Source: Hyphomicrobiales bacterium (GTDB taxonomy: Bacteria; Eisenbacteria; RBG-16-71-46; SZUA-252). From it: a stretch of 64,000 nucleotides of DNA. The DNA is taken from the NCBI GenBank assembly GCA_050257555.1, contig JBLMXB010000028.1, positions 1,149-65,148 on the forward strand, given 5' to 3'. The first letter of the stretch is position 1. Each line of letters starts with the position of its first letter. Positions 48,701 through 60,611 of the stretch are shown one piece after another. The position numbers were made by a program, and so were the translations under genes. The notes beneath the pieces were generated by a model. It was not told where the DNA came from. It was given only the letters and a program-made list of their open reading frames with translations, and searched no databases.

Positions 48701-50217
48701 TCGAACGACTCGGCGGCTCCCGCCGACTGGGGATCGGGACCGGCCGCCAGGGTCGCCGACGGGAAGGTCGCGTCCGTGATCGGCGCGGTCGAGTACCGGA
48801 TCTCGTACCGGGTCGCGCGGCCGGTGTTGCCGTCGTCGCCCGTCGCGGTCCAGGTGAGCCGCATCGTGTTCGAGCCGGGGTCGCTGGTCATGAGATCGGC
48901 GATCGTCCCCGGCGGCGTGTCGTCGGGCTCCGCAATCGTCATGAACGCGTTCAGCCGGCCGTTCGTGACGCACTTCCCCTGGAGGGACGGCTTCACGTCC
49001 GCGGCGTTCAGGACCAGGTTCTTGATCTGGAGGTTCGGGACGTTTGGATACCGCCCCATGGCCAGCGCCACGACGCCCGCGACGTGCGGGGTCGCCATCG
49101 ACGTGCCCGAGAGCAGGCCGTAGCTGTTCCCGGGGAGCGTCGAGAGGATGCTGACGCCCGGGGCGGCGATGTCGACCGTCGTCGCGCCGTAGTTCGAGAA
49201 CGACGCGAGGTTGTCGTTGTTGTCGGTCGCGGCGACCGAGATGATGTACGGCGTGTCGTACGCGGCCGGGTACTGAGGCGTGATGTCGCTGTTCTGCCCG
49301 GAGTTCCCCGCGGCGGCCACGAAGAGCTGGCCCGCCGCGCCGGCGGCGTTGATCGCGTCGAGCAGCGCCTGCGAGAAACCGCCGCCGCCCCAGGAGTTGC
49401 TGGTCAGGCGGACGCCGACCGTGATCGCGTACTGGATGCCGAGGATCGCGTCCGACGTCGAGCCGCTGCCCCCCGCGCTCAGGAACTTGATCGCGACGAT
49501 CTTCGCCTGCCAGTTGACGCCGACGACGCCCGTGTTGTTGTTCCCCGCCGCGGCGATCGTGCCCGACGTGTGGGTCCCGTGGCCGTTGTCGTCGAACGGA
49601 TCGCCGTCGTGGTTCACGAAGTCGTATCCGTGCACGTCGTCGACGTACCCGTTCCCGTCGTCGTCGATCCCGTTGCCGGGGATCTCGCCCGGGTTGGTCC
49701 AGATGTTGGCGGACAGGTCCGGGTGGTTGTAGTCGACGCCCGTGTCGATCACGCCAACCTTGAGGTTCGGGTCACCGGTGAACTGGTCCCACGCGAGCTG
49801 GGCGCTGATGTCCGCCCCGGGCGTGCCGCCGGTCTGGCCGGTGTTGTGGAGACCGTACATCTCCGGATACCGCGGATCGTTCGGCGCCACGTCGGCCGTC
49901 AGGACGTAGTTCGGCTCGATGTAGACGACGTTCGGGTTGTGGGCGTACCGGGCGATGGCCGCTTCGACCGAGACGCCGCTCAACTTCCAGTGCTCGGCGC
50001 CGATGAAGTCGAACCGGTGTGCGACGGCGGCGTGCAGGTCGCGCTGGATCTGGCCGCGCGAGGAGGCCGCGGCGCCGGGACGGAACTTGATGATCACTTC
50101 ACCGGGAATGGTGCGGGCGTCGGGGGCCGCCGCCCGGGCGACCGGGGGACCGAGGAGCAGGAATACGAGCAGCAGGGACACGAACGACGGCACAAGCCAT
50201 CGCGGCTGGGAATGCAT
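42718..50217 (-). CDS. Giant secreted subtilisin-like (S8) serine protease with I9 propeptide, FN3-like domain, four tandem modules of about 435 aa, and FlgD-Ig/T9SS-type C-terminal domain
   Basis: ATG 50217, preceded by AAGGAGG. Signal LVPSFVSLLLVFLLLGPPVARAAA. Catalytic triad contexts: VGVIDTGVDYNHPDL, DNGHGTHTSGTIAA and LSGTSMATPHVAGV. Four modules each begin GGPD-x-(Y/F)GY and contain FPFYG, CTNGW(L/V)SF, WDD(L/F), GIQN and SNDP motifs. C-terminal tail: VDLKVYDVRGALVRNV...WDGRTSAGTAVASGVYFIRM...RVAIIR. 2499 aa. Confidence 0.9.
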   Translation of the reverse strand: MHSQPRWLVPSFVSLLLVFLLLGPPVARAAAPDARTIPGEVIIKFRPGAAASSRGQIQRDLHAAVAHRFDFIGAEHWKLSGVSVEAAIARYAHNPNVVYIEPNYVLTADVAPNDPRYPEMYGLHNTGQTGGTPGADISAQLAWDQFTGDPNLKVGVIDTGVDYNHPDLSANIWTNPGEIPGNGIDDDGNGYVDDVHGYDFVNHDGDPFDDNGHGTHTSGTIAAAGNNNTGVVGVNWQAKIVAIKFLSAGGSGSTSDAILGIQYAITVGVRLTSNSWGGGGFSQALLDAINAAGAAGQLFVAAAGNSGQNSDITPQYPAAYDTPYIISVAATDNNDNLASFSNYGATTVDIAAPGVSILSTLPGNSYGLLSGTSMATPHVAGVVALAMGRYPNVPNLQIKNLVLNAADVKPSLQGKCVTNGRLNAFMTIAEPDDTPPGTIADLMTSDPGSNTMRLTWTATGDDGNTGRATRYEIRYSTAPITDATFPSATLAAGPDPQSAGAAESFEVGGLAFSTPYYFAIKAFDEFNNAGGLSNVATGTTLGAPMIAASPPSFSADLLTGATATQTLTIQNVAQGTLDYQIPTPELAFSQPVVYDYQPFAKGETDPRVGPVAESKGGPDGYGYRWLDSDEPGGPAFDWVDLTAVGDLQPLSGDDATSPAIPIGFDFPFYGATFTDVRVCTNGWLSFSDGATSYDNQPLPNSGAPANLVAPMWDDLDFAATGHVYTYNDGARFIVAWVDVNHYQTGGPYTFEAILYPNGEIRYQYLSLGSPTNSATAGIQNASKSVGLTVAFNTTYLRDGLAVRIAPLRQWLSVTPTSGRVLAGQSATVQVRFDAAGLNGGTFQGTIPIQSNDPAQPNVSLPASLHVIGAPDIAVNPTSLDYGTIFVGATPEKTLLVTNPGTDDLVVTGIQSSDGTLTASPTSFTLHPLSGQAVTVTYAPTAPAALAATLTIESNDPDAPSLAVAVTGAAVPAPSFSVSPTAFDVALLTNTATSRPLRVSNSGGSDFTFTAETVTNAPSGSVTVGTDADNVPVGKGEADVQSGPAPLKSGGPDVFGYTYKDSDEPDGPAFSWVDVRTVGTQIPMTGDDQNTGPYPIGFSFPFYGNSFDSFRICTNGFVSFTSTKTTYTNTTIPNTGSTVPENLLAVYWDDFNFSTVQHAYYYNDGTKLVIQYQDVTRLSDTGTNTFEIVLYPNGTILYQYLTMNMALKTSGTIGIQNQDRNDGLQVVFNATYIKNSLAVRFRPPARFLTVSPASGTVPPGGFVDLNVGFNAADLFGGVYEGAVRIQGNDPVLPELEVPARLTVTGVPDIAATPDPVEFGNVFIGFPGIRELTIQNRGTDALVVSDITMSDPAYGVDNRSFTVPPLANAVVFVSFGPPTAGPRPATLTIHSNDPDTPAYPVALSGAGLVAPDIAVSPASLSATLPIPASSMQTVSVENQGGSDLTFVVGTTLTATSVPTYDELVLGKEAVDPRQGIRGTGGPDMFGYTWRDSDDPNGPAFDWVDLTAIGTPLTLTGDDANLQGVPIGFDFPFYGNAFNTINVCTNGWLSFTSTLTALTNQPLPNSGSGVPENLLAPFWDDLNPGSVQRLYTYRDGTRFILSFVAVPRYSSGGPYTFEVILYPSGRIMFQYLSMQGTRLNEATIGIQNATKDDGLTVVYNDAYVHDNLAIEFRTTPDWLVASPSSGTIPPGGSLPIQVTFNSADLFGGTYAGTLRLASNDPDEGVTNLPATLVAVGTPHVAATPAALDFGWLYIGQERELTVDIQNSGSDVVEIRSLSIVDPSWQLVDPPAVPFTLGNRAGRALTVRFRPPNPCVPPNPCLGQLLVESNDPNGALSVGLTGVAYIPPEASMGANSVRAALATTLGPTAETKTKILRMDNTGGSDLTWSAEGLVMLPAAVQAHPSAETGKDQPGEPGGPAALASGGPDAYGYRYADSDDPVQGTPFDWVDITSTGTHLPVNGDDQNVGPFPLPFPFPFYGNTFTEYRVCSNGWLSFTSSATSLSNTTLPNTSTSTPENLLAPFWDDLDLRSAGAVYAQYDGTRFIVEYAGVPRYSSGGPYTFEVILYPSGTIDFQYLQMDGTRLNEATIGIQNATKDIGLQVAYNQAYVKNNLRLRFSRLPGWLTVSPNSGVVPAGGHVDMNVTFTATGLADGDYSGALRIQCNDLTDPLIDVEANLHVGVVGAMVDLDPNTLNRASNGNWVSGLAEPIAGYEAREIDPSTVLLNRTIGVVPDAPIGYDDKDGNGLEEAAFKFPRIQLVGILPTGDNVAVEMIGEVKDASWFQGTDYVRVLKPKMVSSSGLDENKGEARQPKSYPAGAHINLAWDDPNGHAALYYELWYSFDGGESWRMVAPEIQGHNYSFLVIGPETTNGILELVAVDGLGAMGSWISEPFTVLESTPTAVEDGETALPKEFAFRIIGSNPMSQSDVRMMLAIPRDAPVDLKVYDVRGALVRNVATHPFTPGYHSITWDGRTSAGTAVASGVYFIRMSAAGKTFTGRVAIIR
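43545..48585 (-). repeat. Four in-frame tandem coding repeats (period about 1.29-1.33 kb) inside the S8 gene
   Basis: The GGPD anchor codons lie near 48368, 47068, 45781 and 44451. DNA-level similarity is visible, for example gaacgagagccacccgttcgtgcagac and cccgtagaacgggaa recur near 48165, 46865, 45575 and 44255. The boundaries are approximate. Confidence 0.8.
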
Positions 50218-50442
50218 GCCGGACCTCCTTGGTGCTGGGGACCACGCCTACCGGCGGGGCCGCGGCAATGGGAAGCGCGATGATGTGGATCGATCGGGAT
50301 GCGACAGAGGTGGGTGCGACGTGCGGGAGCGGGTTGGGGGGGTCGGGTCACCTCCGCGTTGAGGATTCGGGTGCCGGACGCGCCGCAATCGGGTCCGAGG
50401 GGTGACGAACGGGCGGCATGATACCTCACCGCCGCGGCCGGG

Positions 50443-51885
50443 TCAACCTCGCATCGCGTCCGATCGGCGATCCGATGCCGATTTCCCCTCGGTCGTCGAG
50501 GATTCCACCCACCCCGCGCGCTCGAGCGCCTTCCACGCGTCCTCCTCGCCGAGCGCGATCAGTCGCTCGGCCTCCGCCGGGGCGTAGTCGAGCACGCCGC
50601 CGGGGAGCGCCCGGTCGGGCTCGACGATGCAGAGCCGCCGCGGCAGCGCGTCCCCCTTCCACGATGGCGGGAGCGCCCGCATCTCCTCCTGGAGGTCGCG
50701 CCAGTTCGCGAGATCGAGGAATCGACCCCAGATCGCGATCGGGTCGCGCGTCGGGGTCTCGGCCGGGGGCGCGCCGCTCGGCGCCACGACGATCACGAGG
50801 ACCGCGTCCGCGTCGTCGTAGAGGGCGGCGCGGAGCGGGTGCATCGAGATCGCGAGCGGATCGATGTACTCGCGGTCCTTCACCCGTCCCGGCTCGAAGA
50901 TCACCGGAATGGCGGAGGAGGCGACGGCGGCCTCGAGCACCTCGTCCGGCGACGTGACCGGGACCGTCTCGCCGAGCACGGACTCGACGCGCTCCCGGAA
51001 CGCCGGGGACGGATCGGGCCAGTTCACGAAGTACGTGATCCGCCCGTTGTCGAGCGCGAGCCCGCTCACGATCAGATGGAGATCGCGCGCGACGAGACGC
51101 GCCGGGTCGCCGGACGCCGCGAGGCGCCGCACCAGCCGGCGCCGCGCGGCGCCGCCCCAGATGCCCCGCGCTTTCGTCTCGGGCAGGAGGCCGAGGAACG
51201 CGCGGCGGATCAGGTGGCCGAGGCGGCCGGGCCGGTTCGCGAGCCACGCCGTGAGCGCGAGGAGGAGGAGCGTGGCGCTGAAGCGGTGCGGCCAGGGAAG
51301 GGCGAAGATCCACGCGATCAGGTGGATGGCGGCCCACGCGGCGAGGAGGGCGGCGCCCCAGGCCCGGGCGCGCTTGCCGGTCCTCGGGTCGCTGAAGCGG
51401 CTCAGGAGCGCTTCGGCGCCCCGCGAGGAGCGGAGCATGAGGAGGCCGGCGCCGGCGACGACCGCCCACGCGAGGAGATCGAGGATCGCCGACGGGACGC
51501 CGATCTGCGCCACCGGGCGGCGGAGGTAGAACGCGGGGACGCTCAGCTCGGCCGAGCCGATCCACGTCACGAGCAGCTCGATCACGCCGAGCACCAGGAG
51601 GAAGCCGCCGACGGCCCGCCACGCGAGCGCGCTCAGGCGCATCCCGATCGTGCCGGGTCGCATCTGCTTCCAGGCCGCCTCGAGCCCGCCGGCGCGGAAG
51701 CCCTGGGCCACCCACGCGACCGCGTTCAGCGCGCCGGCCGACGCGCCGGAGACGATCGCCGGCCGGAGCCCGAGCTGCTCGAGCGCCTTCAGCACGCCGA
51801 CCTCGTAACCGCCGAGCGCGCCGCCGCCCGACAGCACGACCGCGATCCGCCGGAACGGAAGGTCACGCCGGAGCCTGCGGGCCAT
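50443..51885 (-). CDS. Patatin-like phospholipase with central transmembrane segments
   Basis: Oxyanion motif VVLSGGGALGGYEVG and nucleophile elbow VSGASAGALNA. Hydrophobic stretches lie in the middle (LSALAWRAVGGFLLVLGVIELLV, LLAWAVVAGAGLLML, ALLAAWAAIHLIAWIFAL). 480 aa. Confidence 0.8.
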   Translation of the reverse strand: MARRLRRDLPFRRIAVVLSGGGALGGYEVGVLKALEQLGLRPAIVSGASAGALNAVAWVAQGFRAGGLEAAWKQMRPGTIGMRLSALAWRAVGGFLLVLGVIELLVTWIGSAELSVPAFYLRRPVAQIGVPSAILDLLAWAVVAGAGLLMLRSSRGAEALLSRFSDPRTGKRARAWGAALLAAWAAIHLIAWIFALPWPHRFSATLLLLALTAWLANRPGRLGHLIRRAFLGLLPETKARGIWGGAARRRLVRRLAASGDPARLVARDLHLIVSGLALDNGRITYFVNWPDPSPAFRERVESVLGETVPVTSPDEVLEAAVASSAIPVIFEPGRVKDREYIDPLAISMHPLRAALYDDADAVLVIVVAPSGAPPAETPTRDPIAIWGRFLDLANWRDLQEEMRALPPSWKGDALPRRLCIVEPDRALPGGVLDYAPAEAERLIALGEEDAWKALERAGWVESSTTEGKSASDRRSDAMRG

Positions 51886-52515
51886 GGCCGGATCATACGG
51901 GATTGTCGGGCGGGGCCGAAACGCCTACCCTTCGCGGCGCATGACGCCCGACTTCGACGTGCCCCTCGCCGTCCGGACGCTCCGCGCCGCCGACCCCGCC
52001 CTCGGCCGCCTGATCGAGCGGGTGGGGCCGTGCCGCTTCCGCGTCGACCCCGCGCAGAGCCCCTTCCACGCGCTGGCCGAGTCGATCACGTACCAGCAGC
52101 TCCACGGCAAGGCGGCCGAGGCGATCTTCGCGCGTGTCCGCGCGCTCTACGCGCCCCGTCGCTTCCCCACCCCGGCCGAGCTCCTCGCGACGCCCGACGA
52201 CGCGCTCCGCGCGGCCGGTCTCTCGCGCGCGAAGCTCGTCGCCATGAAGGACCTCGCGGCGAAGACCGCCGACGGGACCGTGCCGGGCGTGGCGCGCCTC
52301 CGCCGGCTCGACGACGAGGAGATCATCGAGCGGCTGACGACGATCCGCGGGGTGGGACGCTGGACGGTGGAGATGTTCCTGATGTTCCGGCTCGGCCGCC
52401 CGGACGTCCTGCCGGTCACCGACTTCGGGGTCCGGAAGGGCTACGCGGTCGCGTTCCGGAGGCGGGAGCTGCCGGCGCCGAAGTGGCTCGCCGCGCGCGG
52501 CGCGCGGTGGCGGCC

Positions 52516-55785
<3,270 letters not shown>

Positions 55786-55786
55786 G

Positions 55787-56935
55787 CTAGCGGCTCCCCT
55801 CCCGGGCGGCGTCGGCCGCCCGGCGCTCGTCCATCCGGCCCACGAACTCGCGGAAGAGGTAGTGGCTGTCGTGCGGCCCGGGACTCGCCTCGGGGTGATA
55901 CTGCACCGAGAAGACCGGGAGGTCCCGGTGGCGGAATCCCTCGACCGTGCCGTCGTTCAGGTTCACGTGGGTCAGGACGTACGTGGCGCCGTCGAAGAGG
56001 GACGGCTCGACCGCGAATCCGTGGTTCTGCGCCGTGATCTCGACCTGGCCGGTGGCGAGGTTCTTCACCGGGTGGTTCCCGCCGTGATGGCCGTACTTGA
56101 GCTTGAACGTGGAGCCGCCGCAGGCGAGGCCCAGGATCTGGTGCCCGAGACAGATCCCGAAGACCGGCCGGCCGGTCCCGATCAGCGCGCGCGCCGCCTC
56201 GATCGCGTAGACGCACGCCTCGGGGTCGCCCGGCCCGTTCGAGAAGAAGATCCCCTCGGGATCGAGCGCCAGCGCCTCGGCGGCGGAGGTGGTCGCCGGG
56301 ACCACCGTCACGTCGCAGCCGATCGCGGCGAGCATCCGGAGGATGTTCTCCTTGATGCCGAGGTCGTACGCGACGACGCGGTAGGGACGCGCGCCGTTCG
56401 GGGACGAGGCGCGGTCCCCGTACGCATAGGCGCGGTCGCACGTCACCTGCCGGGCGAGGTCGGCGCCGATCATCGACGCCGACGCGCGGGCGCGCTCGAT
56501 CAGCGCCTCGGGCGCCTCCCCCGAGGCGGCGATCACGCCTCGCTTGGCGCCGTGCGTCCGGAGGTGGCGGGTCAGCATCCGCGTGTCGATCTCGCTGATC
56601 CCGACGATCCCGGCCTCCTCGAGGTACCGATCGAGGTCCCCGGCGGCGCGCCACGAGGAGGCGGAGGAGGAGATCTCGCGGACGACGAATCCCGCCACCT
56701 GGGGGCGGGAGGACTCCACGTCGTCGCGGTTGACCCCGTAGTTGCCGATGTGCGGGTACGTCATCGTGACGATCTGCCCGCGGTAGCTGGGGTCGGTCAG
56801 GACTTCCTGGTAGCCGCAGAGGGCGGTGTTGAAGACGACTTCACCCGATGTCTCACCGATGCGTCCGAACGCCTTGCCAACGAATACGATACCGTCTTCC
56901 AGCGCGAGCACCGCTCGGGCGGCCGTCCGGGACAT
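55787..56935 (-). CDS. carA: Carbamoyl-phosphate synthase small (glutaminase) subunit
   Basis: Sequences [48 protein letters not shown]. Glutaminase active-site context GICLGHQ and HGGNHPV. 382 aa. Confidence 0.93.
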   Translation of the reverse strand: MSRTAARAVLALEDGIVFVGKAFGRIGETSGEVVFNTALCGYQEVLTDPSYRGQIVTMTYPHIGNYGVNRDDVESSRPQVAGFVVREISSSASSWRAAGDLDRYLEEAGIVGISEIDTRMLTRHLRTHGAKRGVIAASGEAPEALIERARASASMIGADLARQVTCDRAYAYGDRASSPNGARPYRVVAYDLGIKENILRMLAAIGCDVTVVPATTSAAEALALDPEGIFFSNGPGDPEACVYAIEAARALIGTGRPVFGICLGHQILGLACGGSTFKLKYGHHGGNHPVKNLATGQVEITAQNHGFAVEPSLFDGATYVLTHVNLNDGTVEGFRHRDLPVFSVQYHPEASPGPHDSHYLFREFVGRMDERRAADAAREGSR

Positions 56936-57040
56936 CGGGGGGCGGGTCGACTCCTTCCTGGCGCGGGTGGAAACGGGCTGCGTCCGGCGTTAGCCTTGGG
57001 TACGGGCCGATCCCCGGCCCACCATCCCAGGAGGTGCGTC

Positions 57041-57481
57041 ATGGGACGAGTCGCCGACCTGCTCCGCGCCAAGGGCTCCGCCATTTATACCATTTCCTGC
57101 GACCAGACGGTGTACGAAGCGATCGTCGAGATGGTCCGTCACAACGTCGGTTCCCTGGTCGTACTCCAAGGCGACGATCCGGTGGGCATCGTCACGGAGC
57201 GGGACTACCTGAAGGAGATCGCGCTCCGGGGCCGCACCTCCCGCGCGACGGAGGTGCGGGAGATCATGAGCCGGACCGTCATCGTGGTGGATCCGGACCG
57301 CTCGCTCGACGACTGCATGGCCATCATGACGGAGCGCCGGGTCCGCCACCTCCCCGTCCTCGAGCACGACCGCCTGGTGGGCGTCATCTCGATCGGGGAC
57401 GTCGTCAAGGGACTCGCCAAGGACCGGCAGGTCGAGATCCGGTACCTCACCGACTACATCACGGGGAAATATCCGGCATGA
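57041..57481 (+). CDS. CBS domain pair protein
   Basis: Start ATG 57041, preceded by AGGAGG. Two CBS repeats: [21 protein letters not shown] and [21 protein letters not shown]. 146 aa. Confidence 0.8.
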   Translation: MGRVADLLRAKGSAIYTISCDQTVYEAIVEMVRHNVGSLVVLQGDDPVGIVTERDYLKEIALRGRTSRATEVREIMSRTVIVVDPDRSLDDCMAIMTERRVRHLPVLEHDRLVGVISIGDVVKGLAKDRQVEIRYLTDYITGKYPA

Positions 57482-58011
57482 GCTCCACGCGGACGTGGAT
57501 CGGAATCGGGCTCGCGGGCGCCGTCGCCGCCCTCGCCCTCGCGGCGTGGTCGGCGGCGGGCGCCGCGACCGGTGCCCTCCGCGTCTATTCCTTCGAGCGA
57601 AAGGGGTACGTCATGGTCGACAAGGTCGTGAAGAACGACGCCGAGTGGCGGAAGGAGCTTCCACCCGATGTCTTCCGGATCACCCGCCAGGGGGGCACGG
57701 AGCTCGCGTTCACCGGCAAGTACTGGGACAACCACGATCACGGAATCTACCGGTGCGCCGACTGCGGGAACGACCTCTTCACGTCGGACACGAAGTTCGA
57801 CAGCGGCACCGGATGGCCCAGCTTCTGGAAGCCGATCGCGCCGGAGAACGTCGACACGAAGAACGACCTGAGCCTCGGCATGGTGCGCGACGAGGTCCGC
57901 TGCGCGCGCTGCGGCGCCCACCTCGGACACGTCTTCGACGACGGGCCGAGGCCGACCGGGCTCCGCTACTGCATCAACTCCGCCGCCCTCGCGTTCACGA
58001 AGACGAAGTAG
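57478..58011 (+). CDS. msrB: Peptide-methionine (R)-S-oxide reductase MsrB with N-terminal signal/anchor
   Basis: ATGA overlap with the CBS gene. Signal [24 protein letters not shown]. Two zinc CxxC pairs (CADCGN, CARCGAH) and the catalytic RYCINS. 177 aa. Confidence 0.88.
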   Translation: MSSTRTWIGIGLAGAVAALALAAWSAAGAATGALRVYSFERKGYVMVDKVVKNDAEWRKELPPDVFRITRQGGTELAFTGKYWDNHDHGIYRCADCGNDLFTSDTKFDSGTGWPSFWKPIAPENVDTKNDLSLGMVRDEVRCARCGAHLGHVFDDGPRPTGLRYCINSAALAFTKTK

Positions 58012-58022
58012 CGCCTCCACGC

Positions 58023-58047
58023 GCCGCCGGGCATGGCGCCCGGCGGC
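58023..58047. terminator. GC hairpin between convergent msrB and rtcB
   Basis: GCCGCCGGGC-atggc-GCCCGGCGGC, a 10-bp perfect stem filling most of the 39-nt convergent gap. Confidence 0.4.
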
Positions 58048-58050
58048 CGC

Positions 58051-59481
58051 TCACCCCTTCACGCAGAGGATCGGCGTGAGCTTCGCCACGATGCGCGCGA
58101 GCCCTGCCCGCTCCGCCGCCTCGACCACCGCGGTGACGTCCTTGTACGCGCCGGGCGCCTCCTCCGCGACGCCGCGCGGCGACGGGCTCCGGATCTCGAT
58201 CCCGCGAAGCCGGAGCGTCTCCATCACGTCCCGTCCCCGCCACCGCTTGAGCGCGGCCGTGCGGCTCATCGCGCGCCCGGCCCCGTGGCAGGCCGACCCG
58301 AACGAGAGCGCCTCGCTCTCCTTCGTGCCGACGAGGATGTAGGAGGCCGTCCCCATCGTCCCGCCGATCAGCACCGGCTGGCCGGTCTCGCGGAAGAGGC
58401 CCCGGAGCCCGGGGTGGCCGGGTCCCCAGGCGCGGGTCGCGCCCTTGCGATGGACGTAGAGGCGCCTCGTCGCGCCGTCCACCCGGTGCGCCTCGACCTT
58501 GCACGTGTTGTGCGAGACGTCGTAGAGGAGCGGGAGCGTCGTGCCGGGAAGCACGCGCTCGAACGCCCGGCGCGCCAGGTGCGTCACGATCTCCCGGTTC
58601 GCGAGCGCGCAGTTGATCGCCGCGCGCATCGCGCCCAGGTACTCCTGGCCGAGCTCGGAGCGGATCGGCGCGCACGCGAGCTCCCGGTCGGGGAGCGTGA
58701 TGCCGTGCCCGCCCGCGGCCGCGACCATCCGCTTCAGGTAGTCGGTGCCGATCTGGTGGCCGAGCCCGCGCGAGCCGCAGTGGATCGACACGACCGCGTC
58801 GCCGGTCGCGAGGCCGAACGCGGCGGCGGCGGCGTGGTCGCCGATCGCGGCGACCTCCTGCACCTCGAGGTAGTGGTTCCCCGATCCGAGCGTGCCCATC
58901 TCGTCCCGCTGGCGCTTCTTCGCGTGATCCGATACGGCGTCCGGGCGCGCGCCCTCCATCCGGCCGTCCTCCTCGATCCGGCCCAGGTCCTCGGCTCGAC
59001 CCCACCCGCGCTCCACGGCCCACGCGGCGCCGCCCTCGAGCATCCGCTCCATCTCCCTGGCGTCGAGGCGGATCGTCCCCGTGCTCCCGACGCCCGCGGG
59101 GACCGCGCCGAAGAGCGCGTCGGCGAGATCGGAGACCCGCGCGCGCACGTCGTGCGCCGTCCGCTCCGTGAGGAGCGTGCGGACGCCGCAGGAGATGTCG
59201 AAGCCGACGCCGCCCGCGGACACGACTCCGCCTCGGTCCGGATCGAACGCGGCGACGCCGCCGATCGGGAATCCGTAGCCCCAGTGCGCGTCCGGCATCA
59301 CGTACGCCGCCTGCTCGATGCCCGGGAGCTTCGCGACGTTCGTCGCCTGCTCGGCCACCTTCTCGTCCATGTCGCGGAGGAGCGCCTCCGTCGCGTAGAG
59401 CACGGCCGGCACGCGCATCGCCCCGCGGCGCGGGATCCGCCACGCGCACGCCGCCGTCCGCTCGAATCGGGTCGGGTCCAT
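58051..59481 (-). CDS. rtcB: RNA 3'-phosphate/2',3'-cyclic-phosphate ligase RtcB
   Basis: Start re-set to ATG 59481 (MDPTRFERTAACAWRIP). Family motifs: MPDAHWGYGFPIGGV, GGVGFDISCG, LGSGNHYLE, HCGSRGLGHQ, SHN and CHGAGR. 476 aa. Confidence 0.92.
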   Translation of the reverse strand: MDPTRFERTAACAWRIPRRGAMRVPAVLYATEALLRDMDEKVAEQATNVAKLPGIEQAAYVMPDAHWGYGFPIGGVAAFDPDRGGVVSAGGVGFDISCGVRTLLTERTAHDVRARVSDLADALFGAVPAGVGSTGTIRLDAREMERMLEGGAAWAVERGWGRAEDLGRIEEDGRMEGARPDAVSDHAKKRQRDEMGTLGSGNHYLEVQEVAAIGDHAAAAAFGLATGDAVVSIHCGSRGLGHQIGTDYLKRMVAAAGGHGITLPDRELACAPIRSELGQEYLGAMRAAINCALANREIVTHLARRAFERVLPGTTLPLLYDVSHNTCKVEAHRVDGATRRLYVHRKGATRAWGPGHPGLRGLFRETGQPVLIGGTMGTASYILVGTKESEALSFGSACHGAGRAMSRTAALKRWRGRDVMETLRLRGIEIRSPSPRGVAEEAPGAYKDVTAVVEAAERAGLARIVAKLTPILCVKG

Positions 59482-59507
59482 CGTCTCTCTCCCGCGTCGC
59501 GACGGGG

Positions 59508-60611
59508 TCAGACGTCGACGACGCACTGCGCGAGCCACGTCCCGTCCGCCTCGCGCGCCACGCGGAGCGACGTGTACGTGGCCCCCTTCACCTCCACGGC
59601 CGGCTCGTGCTCGGACGGACGCACCGGCTCCCCGGCGGCGACGCCGACGAGCCCCTCGGCGCCGAGCGTCACGTCGAACGAGCCGAAGAGCATCCGGCGC
59701 GTCGCCATCTCGTAGACCACCGCGTTCAGCCAGTCGACGAGGAGCACCTCGTCGTCGGGCGGATCGGGCATCGGAACGCGGAGCGTCACGCGCTCCTCCG
59801 CGCGGACCGAAGCGGGGTCGACGAGCACGGCCGTCAGCGCCAGGGCGGCGCCGGCGAACGCCGCCTCCTTCGTGGCGCCCCGCCCGCGCACGCCGACGTC
59901 GGCGCCGTGCTCGAAGTGCTCCCAGCGCGGCCCGGACGCGCCGGAGGTCTCGACGCGCGGCGCCCCGGCCCGTGCGGCCGCCGCGCCGAGGAGCCGCACG
60001 ACCTCCTCGTCGCTCACCTGGCGGAAGTCGTCGAAGAAGGCGCCGACGGCGAGGAACCGCTCCGGCGTCCAGAGGACCACGACCTCGTCCGCCTCGCGCT
60101 CGAGACGCCGCACGGCCTCGGGCGGCGCGACGCCCGCGGCGGCGATCAGAAGCGCCGGCCCCTGGGCGCGGATGAGCCGGAGCGCCGCGGCGAGCGTGGC
60201 GCCCGTCGCCACGCCGTCGTCGACGACCACGACCGTGCGGCCGGCGGGGTCGAGGGGGCGCCGCGCGGGCGTGTAGCGCTCGCGCCGCTCGAGGAGCGCG
60301 CGCCACTGGCGCCGCCGCTCCTCCTCCAGATACCGCTCGGTGAGTCCGATCTCCTCCGCGTTTCCGTGGAGCGTCATCCGCCCCGTCTCGTCCACGGCGC
60401 CGACGGCGAGCTCCGGCTGTCCCGGCGCGCCGAGCTTGTGGACCAGGACCACGTCGAGGTCCCCCTCGAGCGCGGCCGCGACGATCGCGGCCATCGGCAC
60501 CGCCCCGCGCGGCACGCCGAGCACGAGCGGCCGCGCGCCCCGGAGCCGCTCGAGGCGGCGGGCCAGGAGGCGCGCGGCTTCCTCCCGATCGCGGAACGGC
60601 TCGCGGTTCAC
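59508..60611 (-). CDS. Phosphoribosyltransferase-domain / archease fusion protein
   Basis: The GTG start at 60611 overlaps the TGA of the upstream UbiA gene (GTGA). N-terminal part: FRDREEAARLLARRL...LVLGVPRGAVPMA...RTVVVVDDGVATGATLAAA, which contains the PRPP loop. C-terminal part: WEHFEHGADVGVRGRGATKEAAF...VEVKGATYTSLRV...WLAQCVVDV, the archease pattern. No stop codon lies between the two parts. 367 aa. The rest of track ORF 59508..62168 is a false extension. Confidence 0.75.
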   Translation of the reverse strand: MNREPFRDREEAARLLARRLERLRGARPLVLGVPRGAVPMAAIVAAALEGDLDVVLVHKLGAPGQPELAVGAVDETGRMTLHGNAEEIGLTERYLEEERRRQWRALLERRERYTPARRPLDPAGRTVVVVDDGVATGATLAAALRLIRAQGPALLIAAAGVAPPEAVRRLEREADEVVVLWTPERFLAVGAFFDDFRQVSDEEVVRLLGAAAARAGAPRVETSGASGPRWEHFEHGADVGVRGRGATKEAAFAGAALALTAVLVDPASVRAEERVTLRVPMPDPPDDEVLLVDWLNAVVYEMATRRMLFGSFDVTLGAEGLVGVAAGEPVRPSEHEPAVEVKGATYTSLRVAREADGTWLAQCVVDV

